DNA of 16,178 nt, taken from positions 1 through 16,178 of the forward strand of contig CAXBQP010000060.1 in assembly GCA_963978095.1 (NCBI GenBank), read 5' to 3'. The stretch's first letter is position 1. Each line of letters begins with the position of its first letter. This document shows positions 1 through 8,752 of this stretch, piece by piece. A model generated the notes under the pieces. The model searched no databases. It was not told the origin of the DNA and saw only the letters and a program-made list of their open reading frames with translations. Source of the DNA: an uncultured bacterium (GTDB lineage: Bacteria > Gemmatimonadota > Gemmatimonadetes > Gemmatimonadales > Gemmatimonadaceae). The position numbers and the translations under genes are program-made.

Positions 1-738
1 GCCCTGCCGGCCCCCTCCGCCGCCGGCCGCAGCGGGCCGGCCCGCGCCGGTGCCGACTTCTCCGACGTGCCGCTCACGCAGATCCGCAAGACGATCGCGC
101 GCCGGCTCGCCGAGTCGATCGGACCGATCCCGACCTTCTATCTGACGGTCGACATTGACCTCTCGCGAGCCGCCGAGATGCGCTCCGCGATCGCCGAACT
201 CGGCGACGAGTACAAAGTCTCCTTCAACGACATCATCCTGAAGGCGACGGCGACCGCCCTCTCGCAGCACCCGGAGGTGAACGCGCATTGGCTGGGGGAT
301 TCCATCCGGCAGTTCAACCGCGTGCACCTCGGCATGGCAGTCGCCACCGACGACGGCCTGATCGTCCCGGTGATCTTTGACGCCGACCAGAAGCGGCTCC
401 GGGAGATCTCAGCCGAGAGCCGGAGCCTGGCCAAGCGCGCGCGCGAACGGAAACTCACGCCGGCGGAGTACACCGGGAGCACCTGCTCGGTGTCCAACCT
501 CGGGATGATGCAGATCGATGCGTTCACCGCGATCATCAATCCCCCCGAGTGCGGCATCCTCGCCATCGGCGCCATCGACGACAAGGTCGTCGCGATGGCC
601 GACGGCGGCTTCGAGGTGCGCAAGACGGTGAAGATCACGATGAGCTGTGACCATCGCGCGATCGACGGCGCCGTGGGCGCCCGTTTCCTGCAGACCCTGC
701 GGCGGATGATCGAGAATCCGCTCATGCTCGTTTACTGA
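1..738 (+). CDS. pdhC: Dihydrolipoamide acyltransferase (E2) of a 2-oxoacid, probably pyruvate, dehydrogenase complex; 5'-truncated by the window edge
   Basis: Frame is open from base 1 with an Ala/Pro linker (ALPAPSAAGRSGPARAG), then the catalytic domain: IRKTIARRL, GLIVPVI, SNLG, AIINPP and the active-site DHRAIDG motif. Lies directly upstream of lpdA. Substrate specificity (PDH versus other complexes) is inferred. Confidence 0.9.
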   Translation, partial: ALPAPSAAGRSGPARAGADFSDVPLTQIRKTIARRLAESIGPIPTFYLTVDIDLSRAAEMRSAIAELGDEYKVSFNDIILKATATALSQHPEVNAHWLGDSIRQFNRVHLGMAVATDDGLIVPVIFDADQKRLREISAESRSLAKRARERKLTPAEYTGSTCSVSNLGMMQIDAFTAIINPPECGILAIGAIDDKVVAMADGGFEVRKTVKITMSCDHRAIDGAVGARFLQTLRRMIENPLMLVY

Positions 739-754
739 CACCGGACCAACGACC

Positions 755-2158
755 ATGGCTTCGTTTGACGTGATCTTCCTCGGCGGTGGCCCCGCCGGCT
801 ATGTCGGGGCCATTCGCTCCGCCCAACTCGGCCTGAACACCGCCGTCATCGAGCGCGAAGGGCTCGGCGGCACCTGCGTGCTCTGGGGCTGTATTCCCGC
901 CAAGGCGCTCCTCGAGGCAGCCAGCATCGCCACCAAGGTCACGAAGGCCGCGGAGTTCGGCGTGAACGTCGGCGAGGTCTCGCTCGATTTCGGCGTCGCC
1001 ATGAAGCGCTCGCGCGACGTGAGCAGCAAGAATTCCAAGGGCGTCGAGTTCCTCTTCAAGAAGAACAAGATCACCTGGATCAAGGGCACGGGCACCCTCG
1101 GTGCCGGCAAGTCGGTGAAGGTCACCACGGCCGACGGCAAGAGTGAAACGCACACCGCGACCAAGGCGCTCGTGATCTGCACCGGCTCGCGGGTGAAGGG
1201 ACTGCCGCAGGCCGGGCTCGAACTCAACAAGACGACGATCATCTCCTCCGACGAAGCGCTCGTGCTGGAGAAAGCCCCCAAGGCCGTGGCCATCGTCGGC
1301 GCCGGAGCCGTGGGCTGCGAGTTCGCGGACGTGTTCAACGCCTTCGGCAGCAAGGTCACGATCATCGAAGTCGCACCCCGCATCCTTCCGCTCGAGGATC
1401 AGGATTCGAGCGCCGAGGTCCAGCGGAGCTTCAAGAAGCGCGGCATGGACATCTTCGTCGGCGCCAAGCTGTCCGGCGCGAAGGCCGGCAAGGATTCCGT
1501 GACGCTGACGGTCGAGGAGAAGGGTGCCAAACAGGAGATCGTCGTCGACAAGGTGCTCGTCGCCGCCGGTCGCGCGCCGAATGTCGAAAACATCGGGCTC
1601 AAGGAAGCCGGCATCGCCATGACCGAGCGTGGCTTCATCAAGATCAACGAACGGATGGAGACGTCGGCGAAGGGGATCTACGCCATCGGTGACGTGGCAG
1701 GCCCGCCGATGCTGGCGCACAAGGGCGAGCGCGAGGGGATGATCGTCGCCGAGGTGATCGCCGGGAAGCACTTCCATGCCCTCAACTACGGCAACATCCC
1801 CAACGCCACCTACTGCCACCCCGAGGTCGCGTCCATCGGCATCACCGAGGCGCAGGCCAAGGAGAAGAAGCTCGACGTCAAGATCGGGAAGTTCCCCTTC
1901 AGCGCCAACGGCCGCGCCCGCACCTCGGGTGAGACGGAGGGCTTCGTCAAACTGATCGTCGACGCCAAGTACGGGGAGATCCTCGGTGCGCACATCGTCG
2001 GCGCGCATGCCACGGAGATGATCCACGAACTCGCGGTCGCCCGCGAGAACGAGTTCACGGTCGAAGAGATCGACTTGGCCGTGCATGCGCACCCGACGCT
2101 GAGCGAAGCGATCGCCGAAGCGACGCTCGATGCCATGGGGCGGATGATCCACGCCTGA
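755..2158 (+). CDS. lpdA: Dihydrolipoyl dehydrogenase (E3)
   Basis: 467 aa. FAD-binding GGGPAG, redox disulfide GGTCVLWGCIPAK, NAD-binding GAGAVG-E, YAIGD and C-terminal HAHPTLSE catalytic His/Glu. Confidence 0.97.
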   Translation: MASFDVIFLGGGPAGYVGAIRSAQLGLNTAVIEREGLGGTCVLWGCIPAKALLEAASIATKVTKAAEFGVNVGEVSLDFGVAMKRSRDVSSKNSKGVEFLFKKNKITWIKGTGTLGAGKSVKVTTADGKSETHTATKALVICTGSRVKGLPQAGLELNKTTIISSDEALVLEKAPKAVAIVGAGAVGCEFADVFNAFGSKVTIIEVAPRILPLEDQDSSAEVQRSFKKRGMDIFVGAKLSGAKAGKDSVTLTVEEKGAKQEIVVDKVLVAAGRAPNVENIGLKEAGIAMTERGFIKINERMETSAKGIYAIGDVAGPPMLAHKGEREGMIVAEVIAGKHFHALNYGNIPNATYCHPEVASIGITEAQAKEKKLDVKIGKFPFSANGRARTSGETEGFVKLIVDAKYGEILGAHIVGAHATEMIHELAVARENEFTVEEIDLAVHAHPTLSEAIAEATLDAMGRMIHA

Positions 2159-2179
2159 GTGATCGGCGCCTGAAGCCCC

Positions 2180-2218
2180 GCGGGTCCGGAGTGCGCGTGG
2201 TTCGTGCTCCGGACCCGC
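2180..2218 (+). terminator. GC-rich stem-loop downstream of lpdA, a putative terminator or transcript-stabilising hairpin
   Basis: Perfect 12-bp inverted repeat GCGGGTCCGGAG (2180-2191) / CTCCGGACCCGC (2207-2218), extendable inward by G-U pairs. It is followed by TAGATTT, which is only a weak U-tract. Confidence 0.55.
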
Positions 2219-2224
2219 TAGATT
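2219..2224 (+). promoter_or_regulatory. Putative -10 element (TAGATT) for a leaderless lipB transcript
   Basis: TAnnnT hexamer exactly 6 nt upstream of the lipB ATG at 2231, with no well-spaced Shine-Dalgarno. Confidence 0.45.
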
Positions 2225-2230
2225 TCGGGA

Positions 2231-2953
2231 ATGGAACAACCGCGCGAACTCTGGGTCGTCTCGCTGGGTACCCGCCCGTATGCCGAGGTGTGGGAGCTGC
2301 AGCGCGCGCTCGCGCATCGCCGCATCTCGGGAGATATCCCCCAGGACCTGCTCGTGTTGGTCGAACACCCGCCGGTCGTCACGCTCGGCCGCTCCGCGCG
2401 TGACCCCCGCACGCTCCTCGCGACGCCCGAACTGTTGGCCGCGCGCGGCGTCGAACTCTTCGAGGTGGAGCGCGGTGGCGACATCACGTTCCACGGTCCC
2501 GGCCAGCTCGTCGGATATCCGATCATCGACCTGCAGCGCCATACCCCGGACCTGCACTGGTATCTGCGACAGCTCGAGGGGGCGCTCATCCGGGCCCTGG
2601 CCCCATTTGCGATCGTCGGGGAACGGAGCGCGGGGCAGACCGGCGTCTGGACCGCCGGCCGCAAGCTCGCCTCCATCGGCGTCCACGCCCGCCAATGGGT
2701 CACGTGGCACGGGTTCGCGCTGAATGTCACGACGGACCTGTCGTACTTCGACCTGATGGTGCCGTGCGGCATCGCTGGCGTCCGGATGACCACCGTGGCA
2801 CACGAACGCGAGCGGCAGGGGGCGCCAAGGTCCCCCACGCTCATGGCCGATGTGGTGTCGCACGTCGTGCGCGGCGTCGCCGACCAGTTCATGCTCTCCC
2901 CGCGCGAGATCGAGATCGCTACGCTCACCAGCCCCGAACGGATTCCGCAATGA
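2231..2953 (+). CDS. lipB: Lipoyl(octanoyl) transferase
   Basis: 240 aa. Motifs LLVLVEHPPVVTLGR, RGGDITFHGPGQLVGYPI, RKLASIG (catalytic Lys), HGFALNV and VPCG (catalytic Cys). Confidence 0.96.
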   Translation: MEQPRELWVVSLGTRPYAEVWELQRALAHRRISGDIPQDLLVLVEHPPVVTLGRSARDPRTLLATPELLAARGVELFEVERGGDITFHGPGQLVGYPIIDLQRHTPDLHWYLRQLEGALIRALAPFAIVGERSAGQTGVWTAGRKLASIGVHARQWVTWHGFALNVTTDLSYFDLMVPCGIAGVRMTTVAHERERQGAPRSPTLMADVVSHVVRGVADQFMLSPREIEIATLTSPERIPQ

Positions 2954-4128
2954 CGTTCCCCCGCCCCCTGCACGTCCTCGCGTCGCTCCTCCCTGCACTG
3001 GTACTCGCCGCATGCGCGAGCGCCCCGCCGGCACCAGTGGCGTCAGCGGCACCCGCGGTCGTCGCCGCACCAGCGCCCGCGGCTCCACCGCACGCGGCCG
3101 TCCCCCGCTCGTATGCCGCCCTCGACAGCGGCGCGGCGCGCATCACGATCTTCGTGGCCACCACTCGTCGCGCCGTGCAGAGCGAGCGCCCCGGCGACCG
3201 ATTCGGTCCCGACGATGCCGACTCACTTCAGTTCGCGGCGGTCGGTGTGAATGTGCCGCCCTACACGGCGCGCGGAACCGGTGATCTGCCGCGCCCCAGC
3301 GCGCTCCGCGTCAACGCCCTGAGCTACAAACCGGATCCCGCAAAGGACTTCTTCGTGTCTTCGGTGATTCCCGTCGACAGCACACGGTTCGTCTCGCGCC
3401 TCGCGACGGACCTCACCGCCACGAAGTCACGCGATGTGCTCGTCTTCGTCCACGGCTTCAACACTTCGTTCGAGGACGCCGCCCTGCGTGCCGCGCAAAT
3501 CACGGCCGATATCGGATTCGATGGCAGCGTCGTGCTCTTTACGTGGCCGTCCGCGGGCTCGGTCTCGTCCTATGTGCGCGACCAGCAGACCGCTCGCAAC
3601 GCCGGATTCCACCTGCTGCGCGTGCTGCGCGGGCACGCCGTCGCCGCCCTTCCCGGTCGTCTCCACCTGATGGGCCACTCAATGGGCTCCGAGGTGATCA
3701 GCAAAGCGCTGAGCCTCGTCGGCCCGAACGACACCCTCCCGAAGTTCACCCAGGTGGTCTTCGCGGCACCGGACGTCGATGCCCGCATCTTTCGGCGCGA
3801 GGTTTTCCCGAAGCTGGAATCCCGGGCCACCCGCATCTCGCTCTACGCCAGTGACGATGACGAAGCACTCCGCGCCTCGCGAAGCCTGAACGGCGTCTGG
3901 CGCCTCGGACTCGGCGGTGATTCCATCACCGTCATCAAGGGAATGGACACGATCGACGCGTCGCGCGTGAAGGCCGACGTCCTCGGCCATACCTTGTTCG
4001 GCAATCAAACCTTCTTGGCGGACCTTGCCGCCCTGCTCGCCGATGGCCGGACCCCCGCCGAACGCCGCTTGCTCGCCGTGCGACGCGGCGACCTGCAGTT
4101 CTGGAGATTCCGCGGCGACGCACGCTGA
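2950..4128 (+). CDS. Alpha/beta-hydrolase lipoprotein (DUF900-like esterase/lipase)
   Basis: The ATG at 2950 overlaps the lipB stop (ATGA). Signal peptide with lipobox LAA-C, then an Ala/Pro linker, IFVATTR, VFVHGFN oxyanion motif, FTWPS, nucleophile GHSMG, AAPDVD, and candidate Asp (DDEAL) and His (LGH). Confidence 0.85.
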   Translation: MTFPRPLHVLASLLPALVLAACASAPPAPVASAAPAVVAAPAPAAPPHAAVPRSYAALDSGAARITIFVATTRRAVQSERPGDRFGPDDADSLQFAAVGVNVPPYTARGTGDLPRPSALRVNALSYKPDPAKDFFVSSVIPVDSTRFVSRLATDLTATKSRDVLVFVHGFNTSFEDAALRAAQITADIGFDGSVVLFTWPSAGSVSSYVRDQQTARNAGFHLLRVLRGHAVAALPGRLHLMGHSMGSEVISKALSLVGPNDTLPKFTQVVFAAPDVDARIFRREVFPKLESRATRISLYASDDDEALRASRSLNGVWRLGLGGDSITVIKGMDTIDASRVKADVLGHTLFGNQTFLADLAALLADGRTPAERRLLAVRRGDLQFWRFRGDAR

Positions 4129-4147
4129 GCGCGCCGCGCCAGCCGCG

Positions 4148-5713
4148 TCAACGCGGCTGGTCCGTGGGGTAGGATTTGCGGAAGTGCCTGGCGCGATACA
4201 CGCCGATCTGCATCGCCACACGCCCCTGCCGATACACCGGAACGATGGCTTCGAGGGTGATGGACTCAAAGTACGGCGAGAACTTCGTGATGACGTCCTC
4301 GCCGGCCTTCACCTTGTTCAGGATCACCGCGTTGGCGCCGAAGTACTCCGTGTCGATCACCGCGTACCGAAAGTGGTGCGGGTCGGCGCAGAGGCAGAGC
4401 ACGGGCACATGCGGCCCCAACGCGACGGCGGCTTTTCCGGCTTGGATCCAGCTGGGCGCGGCAACAAAACTGCCCACGGGAAGGAGGCGGCGTACCCGAA
4501 GCTCCTTCACCACCGGATGCCAGTCGAGCAGATCGGCCGTCTGTGAATCGGCCGCCTTGGCCAGCGAGCTCCCGAACACGCGTCCCACCCAGCCGGTCGC
4601 GACGGCACTCCACAAGACGACGATGAGCGCCAGGTAGCCGTACACCGAGGCGACGATCCACGGCCTCGCATACGGCGCGCCGCGCTCCAGGCGCCCCGCC
4701 ACCGCAGCCCCCATCAGCGGGAAGGCGAACAGGTACCCCGGTGCCGTCCAGTGCGGCAACCCGACGTCGCCACGCAACGCGATCAGCGTGAACACGGCGA
4801 CGATCGGCACGCTCAGGCAAAGAAAAAACCACCGCGCGGCATGCGCGCGCCCGGCACGCAACGCCCCCCAGATCGAGCCCACCAGCGGAATCCAGACCCA
4901 CGGCAGCGCCCACACCACCTGGCCGGCGATGTTGGTGAGCATCGCGTCGGGATGCAATCCCCCTCGCCCACCAGCACGTCCTCCCTGAAACAGGAACGAC
5001 ACCCAATGGTGCTGCGCATTCCAATACAGCACCGGCGAGAAGATCAGGAACGCAACGATGGCACCGAGATAGGGGCCGGGATGCGCCAGCCATTTGCGGT
5101 GCGTCGGACTCGTCAGGAGGAAGAGGAAGGTTCCGCCGAGGACGAAGATTCCATGATACTTCGACAGCATGGCCGCGCCAGCCGCCGCGCCGGCGAGCAT
5201 CCAGCGGACCGATGCCGCACGCGGGAGATCATCGAACAGGATATCGGCGATCAACGTCACCGATACGAGCATGGCCAGAAACAGGGGAGCGTCCGGCAGC
5301 AACCAGCCGCCCGCGCTGAGACTGAACTCCGCCGACACATTGAGCAGGAGCGCGGCGATCGCCCCGGCATTCTCCCCGAAGAATCGGGCCGCGAGCCGGT
5401 AGGTCAGCCACGTGGTGCCGACGAACATGAGGGCAATGGGCAAGCGCAGCACCACCTCGCGCTCGCTGCCCACGACCCGTGCCCATCCACCGATGATCCA
5501 GAACAACAGCGGCGGATGGTCGAAGTAGGACCACGAGAACTGCCGCGCGATCGCGACAGCGTACGACTCGTCCACCCCGTAGCCGATGGTCGCGGCGATG
5601 ATGAACCGCACCAGCGCGCCGACCGCGAGGACGGCGAGCACGATGGTGCGGGGATCCCGACCGAACGGAGGACGCGCGTGATCGTTCACCCCGAATAATC
5701 GCTCGAGGTTCAT
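4148..5713 (-). CDS. GT-C fold membrane glycosyltransferase (GT39/ArnT/PMT_2-like)
   Basis: Start ATG at 5713 overlaps the upstream stop (ATGA on the minus strand). Many hydrophobic helices, an early luminal DE motif (GVDESY...YFDHPPL), PDAP, LSKY, P-L-WN and PHW motifs. Confidence 0.85.
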   Translation of the reverse strand: MNLERLFGVNDHARPPFGRDPRTIVLAVLAVGALVRFIIAATIGYGVDESYAVAIARQFSWSYFDHPPLLFWIIGGWARVVGSEREVVLRLPIALMFVGTTWLTYRLAARFFGENAGAIAALLLNVSAEFSLSAGGWLLPDAPLFLAMLVSVTLIADILFDDLPRAASVRWMLAGAAAGAAMLSKYHGIFVLGGTFLFLLTSPTHRKWLAHPGPYLGAIVAFLIFSPVLYWNAQHHWVSFLFQGGRAGGRGGLHPDAMLTNIAGQVVWALPWVWIPLVGSIWGALRAGRAHAARWFFLCLSVPIVAVFTLIALRGDVGLPHWTAPGYLFAFPLMGAAVAGRLERGAPYARPWIVASVYGYLALIVVLWSAVATGWVGRVFGSSLAKAADSQTADLLDWHPVVKELRVRRLLPVGSFVAAPSWIQAGKAAVALGPHVPVLCLCADPHHFRYAVIDTEYFGANAVILNKVKAGEDVITKFSPYFESITLEAIVPVYRQGRVAMQIGVYRARHFRKSYPTDQPR

Positions 5714-6552
5714 CGCATCGGGGAGGGGCGTGCCGTGGAGGTGTCCGCGCGCGTTTTGGCGGGCGGTTCGCGCGTCCAGATCACGATCAGTCCGCACGAC
5801 GTCCCGAACTGCCGGAACCGCGTCGGGATCTCCGAGGCGCCGCGATAGATCTCCATCGCTTCGATGCTGACGGTCGGAATGTCGTCGGGGTGAAAGGTTC
5901 CCGGAGACATCCACATGCCGTCCACGTAGTAGTTCACCGCGCAGTCCACCGGACGATTGCGGGTGCCCCGCGGTGCGCTCAGCGCATCGGTGGAGCGGCC
6001 CATGCTGATCAACGGCCGGTTCACGCCGCCGTCGCCCACGACGGATACGCCGACCACCATCTTGAGCAGGTCACTGGCCTGGTACGGACGCCGCCGCTCG
6101 ATCTCGGCCTGCGTGATGAACGCCCCGATCCCCAGCATGCGTCGGCTCCAGAACTCCGCCATCCGGCTTCCACCGCTCTGCTGGGTCATCACAAGCACCG
6201 AATCGAGCTGCGCGGCAATCCCTTCCATCTCGAAGTCGATGGCCTTGCTCACCCCGGGTTCGATCTTGAAGCCGATGGTCTTCTCCCGGAACCCGATGCG
6301 CTTCGCCACGAGTCGGACCCGCCCCGCCGGTGGTGACTCGATGATGTAGCCCCCCGAGTCATTGGTGACCGCGTGCAGCGTCGTGTTCGCAATCGATACG
6401 GTGACCCCCCCAAGGGGCACGCCGTTGGTATTCGTCACGGCCCCATAAAGCACCTGCGGACGGGCCTGCTGGCTGACCGCCCCCTGCGCCGACCCCACCA
6501 AGAAACCGGTGCCCAGGAGGCACCCCCACACACCGCGACTCGCGATTCGCAT
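5710..6552 (-). CDS. Secreted protein with a carboxypeptidase-regulatory-like domain and a TonB-dependent-receptor plug-like C-terminal domain, no barrel
   Basis: Likely start MRIASRG at 6552, with AGGAGG about 15 nt upstream. Signal peptide, G-V-N--G-PL-GV-V...TNDSGGY...RIGF beta-sandwich, then GAFITQAEIE...DLL...YYVDG...IEAMEIYRG...CGLIVIWTR. 280 aa. Confidence 0.75.
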   Translation of the reverse strand: MRIASRGVWGCLLGTGFLVGSAQGAVSQQARPQVLYGAVTNTNGVPLGGVTVSIANTTLHAVTNDSGGYIIESPPAGRVRLVAKRIGFREKTIGFKIEPGVSKAIDFEMEGIAAQLDSVLVMTQQSGGSRMAEFWSRRMLGIGAFITQAEIERRRPYQASDLLKMVVGVSVVGDGGVNRPLISMGRSTDALSAPRGTRNRPVDCAVNYYVDGMWMSPGTFHPDDIPTVSIEAMEIYRGASEIPTRFRQFGTSCGLIVIWTREPPAKTRADTSTARPSPMR

Positions 6553-6633
6553 GGCTGTACAGTGATGCCTCCTGCTGCGGTGGCACAAGTCTCCGACAGC
6601 AGGGCGACGACGACGCCGACCGCTGAGGCCCCC

Positions 6634-6639
6634 TATATT
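6634..6639 (+). promoter_or_regulatory. Putative -10 element (TATATT) for a leaderless helicase transcript
   Basis: Near-consensus -10 hexamer in GC-rich DNA, exactly 6 nt upstream of the ATG at 6646. Confidence 0.5.
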
Positions 6640-6645
6640 GGTCGG

Positions 6646-8733
6646 ATGACCGGTGACGCTCAGGTATATCCGCCGCGTGCGCGGGACATCGCGCCGGCCC
6701 CGAGCGGGCCGCTCGCCGACGGCCTGAACGAGGCGCAGGCGCGCGCCGCCCTGCATGGCGATGGCCCACTCTTGATCGTCGCCGGCGCCGGAACCGGCAA
6801 GACCCGCACCCTCGTGCATCGCGTGGCGCATCTGCTCGAACGGGGCGTGCGTCCCGAGCGGATCCTGCTCCTGACCTTCACTCGGCGTGCCGCGCAGGAG
6901 ATGCTCGCGCGCGCCGAACGGCTCGTCGGGAGCGCGTCACGTGGCGTCCATGGCGGCACCTTCCATGCGACCGCGCACCGCCTGCTTCGTCGCTTCGGGA
7001 CCTCCGCGGGTCTCGCCGCCGACTTCAGCATCATGGACCAGGGTGATGCCGTCGATCTGATGCAGCTCGCCCGCAGCGCCGCCGGCATCGCCGAAGCGAA
7101 GGGCGAGAAGAAGCGGTTTCCCAAGAAGGAAACGCTCCACGACATCTACTCGCGCCACATCAACACGGAACGCCCCGTCCCGCAGATTCTGTCCGAGGAA
7201 TATCCGCAGTTCGTCGAGTACGAATCGCCGATCGTCCGCGTCTTCGCCGACTACACGGCGCGGAAGGCACAGCGCAATCTGGTCGACTACGACGACCTGC
7301 TGCTCTTCTGGGCGCTCATGGCCGAGACGGCGGGACCGCTCGCTGACCGGATCGCGGCGCTGTACGACCATGTGCTGGTGGACGAGTATCAGGACACGAA
7401 CCACCTGCAGTCGCGCATCCTCCGCGGGATGTGTCGCACGCACGCGAACCTCACCGTCGTCGGCGACGACGCGCAGAGCATCTACGCGTTCCGCGGAGCG
7501 ACCATCCGCAACATCCTCGACTTCCCGCAGCACTTTCCGGGCACGACCATCGTGACCCTCGAGGAGAACTACCGCTCCGTTCAGCCGATCCTCGACGTCA
7601 CGAATCGCCTCATCTCCCGTTCCGAGGAGCGCTACACCAAGGACCTCTTCACCAAGCGCGAGGGCGGTGACCGCCCCTGGCTCGTCACCGCGCACGACGA
7701 ACAGGCACAAACACGCTTCGTGGTGGATCGCATTCTCGACCTGCATGAGGAGGGCATGCCGCTCTCCGAAATGGCGGTCCTCTTCCGCGCCGGCTACATG
7801 AGCGCGGACCTGGAGATCGAGCTCACCGCCCGCAAGATCCCGTTCGAGAAATGGGGGGGGCTCAAGTTCCTGGAGGCGGCCCACGTCAAGGACGTCCTCG
7901 CCTTCCTGCGGATCCTCGAGAACCCGCGAGACGAAGTCAGCTGGTATCGCCTGCTGCTCCTCCTGCCGGGGATCGGCGAAGCCACGGCACGGGGAGCCAT
8001 TGCCAGGATGGCCGAACTCGCGTGGACGTCCGATGCGTTCGGTCGCTATGTACCGCCGCCGCGCGCGCGCGCGGCACACGAATCACTCGTGCAACTGCTC
8101 GACCAGCTCCGCGCCGCCCCGAGCGACCGCAAGGATGCCGTCAGCGCCGATATCGCACGCGTCCGGCGGCTGTACGACGACATCCTGCGCGATCGGTACG
8201 ATCGCGTCGAACCGCGTCTCAGCGACCTCGACCAGCTCCAGAACATCGCCGCCGGATATCCCGACCGCGGATCCTTCCTCTCCGCCCTCGCGCTCGAACC
8301 ACCCTCGGCCACGCAAGATCTCGGCTTCGGCGCCGACCGCGAGGACGACGTCCTCGTGCTCAGCACCGCGCATAGCGCCAAGGGGCGTGAGTGGGACGCG
8401 GTCTTCGTCATTTGGGCGGCCGACGGCTGGTTCCCCATGGCCCGCGCACTCGGCAGCGACGAGGAAATCGACGAGGAGCGCCGCCTGATGTACGTCGCCA
8501 TGACCCGCGCACGCGATCATCTGGCCGTCACCTATCCGTTCAACGTGTACGACTCCCGCCGCAGCGCGGACTATACCATCGACCAAGTCTCACGGTTCCT
8601 CGACCGCGGCGTCCGGGACTTGATGCAGAAAGTCGTCGTCGATCAACCGCAGACGCCGGTCGATCCCGCGCCGCAGATCCCCCCCACGCTCGACCTGCGC
8701 GCGATCCTCACTCAACGCTTCAGCGCTTCCTGA
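6646..8733 (+). CDS. UvrD/Rep/PcrA-family SF1A ATP-dependent DNA helicase
   Basis: LNEAQ Q-motif, Walker A AGAGTGKT, LTFTRRAA, TFH, DEYQDTN, VGDDAQSIYAFRGA, NYRS, STAHSAKGREW and EERRLMYVAMTRAR. The start was placed at 6646 because the longer ORF overlaps the divergent gene. Confidence 0.93.
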   Translation: MTGDAQVYPPRARDIAPAPSGPLADGLNEAQARAALHGDGPLLIVAGAGTGKTRTLVHRVAHLLERGVRPERILLLTFTRRAAQEMLARAERLVGSASRGVHGGTFHATAHRLLRRFGTSAGLAADFSIMDQGDAVDLMQLARSAAGIAEAKGEKKRFPKKETLHDIYSRHINTERPVPQILSEEYPQFVEYESPIVRVFADYTARKAQRNLVDYDDLLLFWALMAETAGPLADRIAALYDHVLVDEYQDTNHLQSRILRGMCRTHANLTVVGDDAQSIYAFRGATIRNILDFPQHFPGTTIVTLEENYRSVQPILDVTNRLISRSEERYTKDLFTKREGGDRPWLVTAHDEQAQTRFVVDRILDLHEEGMPLSEMAVLFRAGYMSADLEIELTARKIPFEKWGGLKFLEAAHVKDVLAFLRILENPRDEVSWYRLLLLLPGIGEATARGAIARMAELAWTSDAFGRYVPPPRARAAHESLVQLLDQLRAAPSDRKDAVSADIARVRRLYDDILRDRYDRVEPRLSDLDQLQNIAAGYPDRGSFLSALALEPPSATQDLGFGADREDDVLVLSTAHSAKGREWDAVFVIWAADGWFPMARALGSDEEIDEERRLMYVAMTRARDHLAVTYPFNVYDSRRSADYTIDQVSRFLDRGVRDLMQKVVVDQPQTPVDPAPQIPPTLDLRAILTQRFSAS

Positions 8734-8752
8734 CCTCCACCAGGACACCATC

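Noticed and set aside
722..3088. 788-aa minus-strand ORF
   Set aside because: Antisense shadow of lpdA/lipB caused by high-GC codon bias, with no recognisable motifs.
3020..3105. Ala/Pro-rich low-complexity repeat-like DNA
   Set aside because: Explained as the coding linker after the lipobox; it is not a tandem repeat or a CRISPR array.
6373..6831. Extended N-termini of the helicase (from 6373) and the plug-like gene (from 6831)
   Set aside because: They would overlap head-to-head by about 460 nt. Family-like sequence starts only at about 6646 and 6552.
7853..7860. G8 homopolymer in the helicase as a possible phase-variation tract
   Set aside because: It is short, in frame, encodes W-G-G in a conserved-looking segment, and is unremarkable at this GC content.
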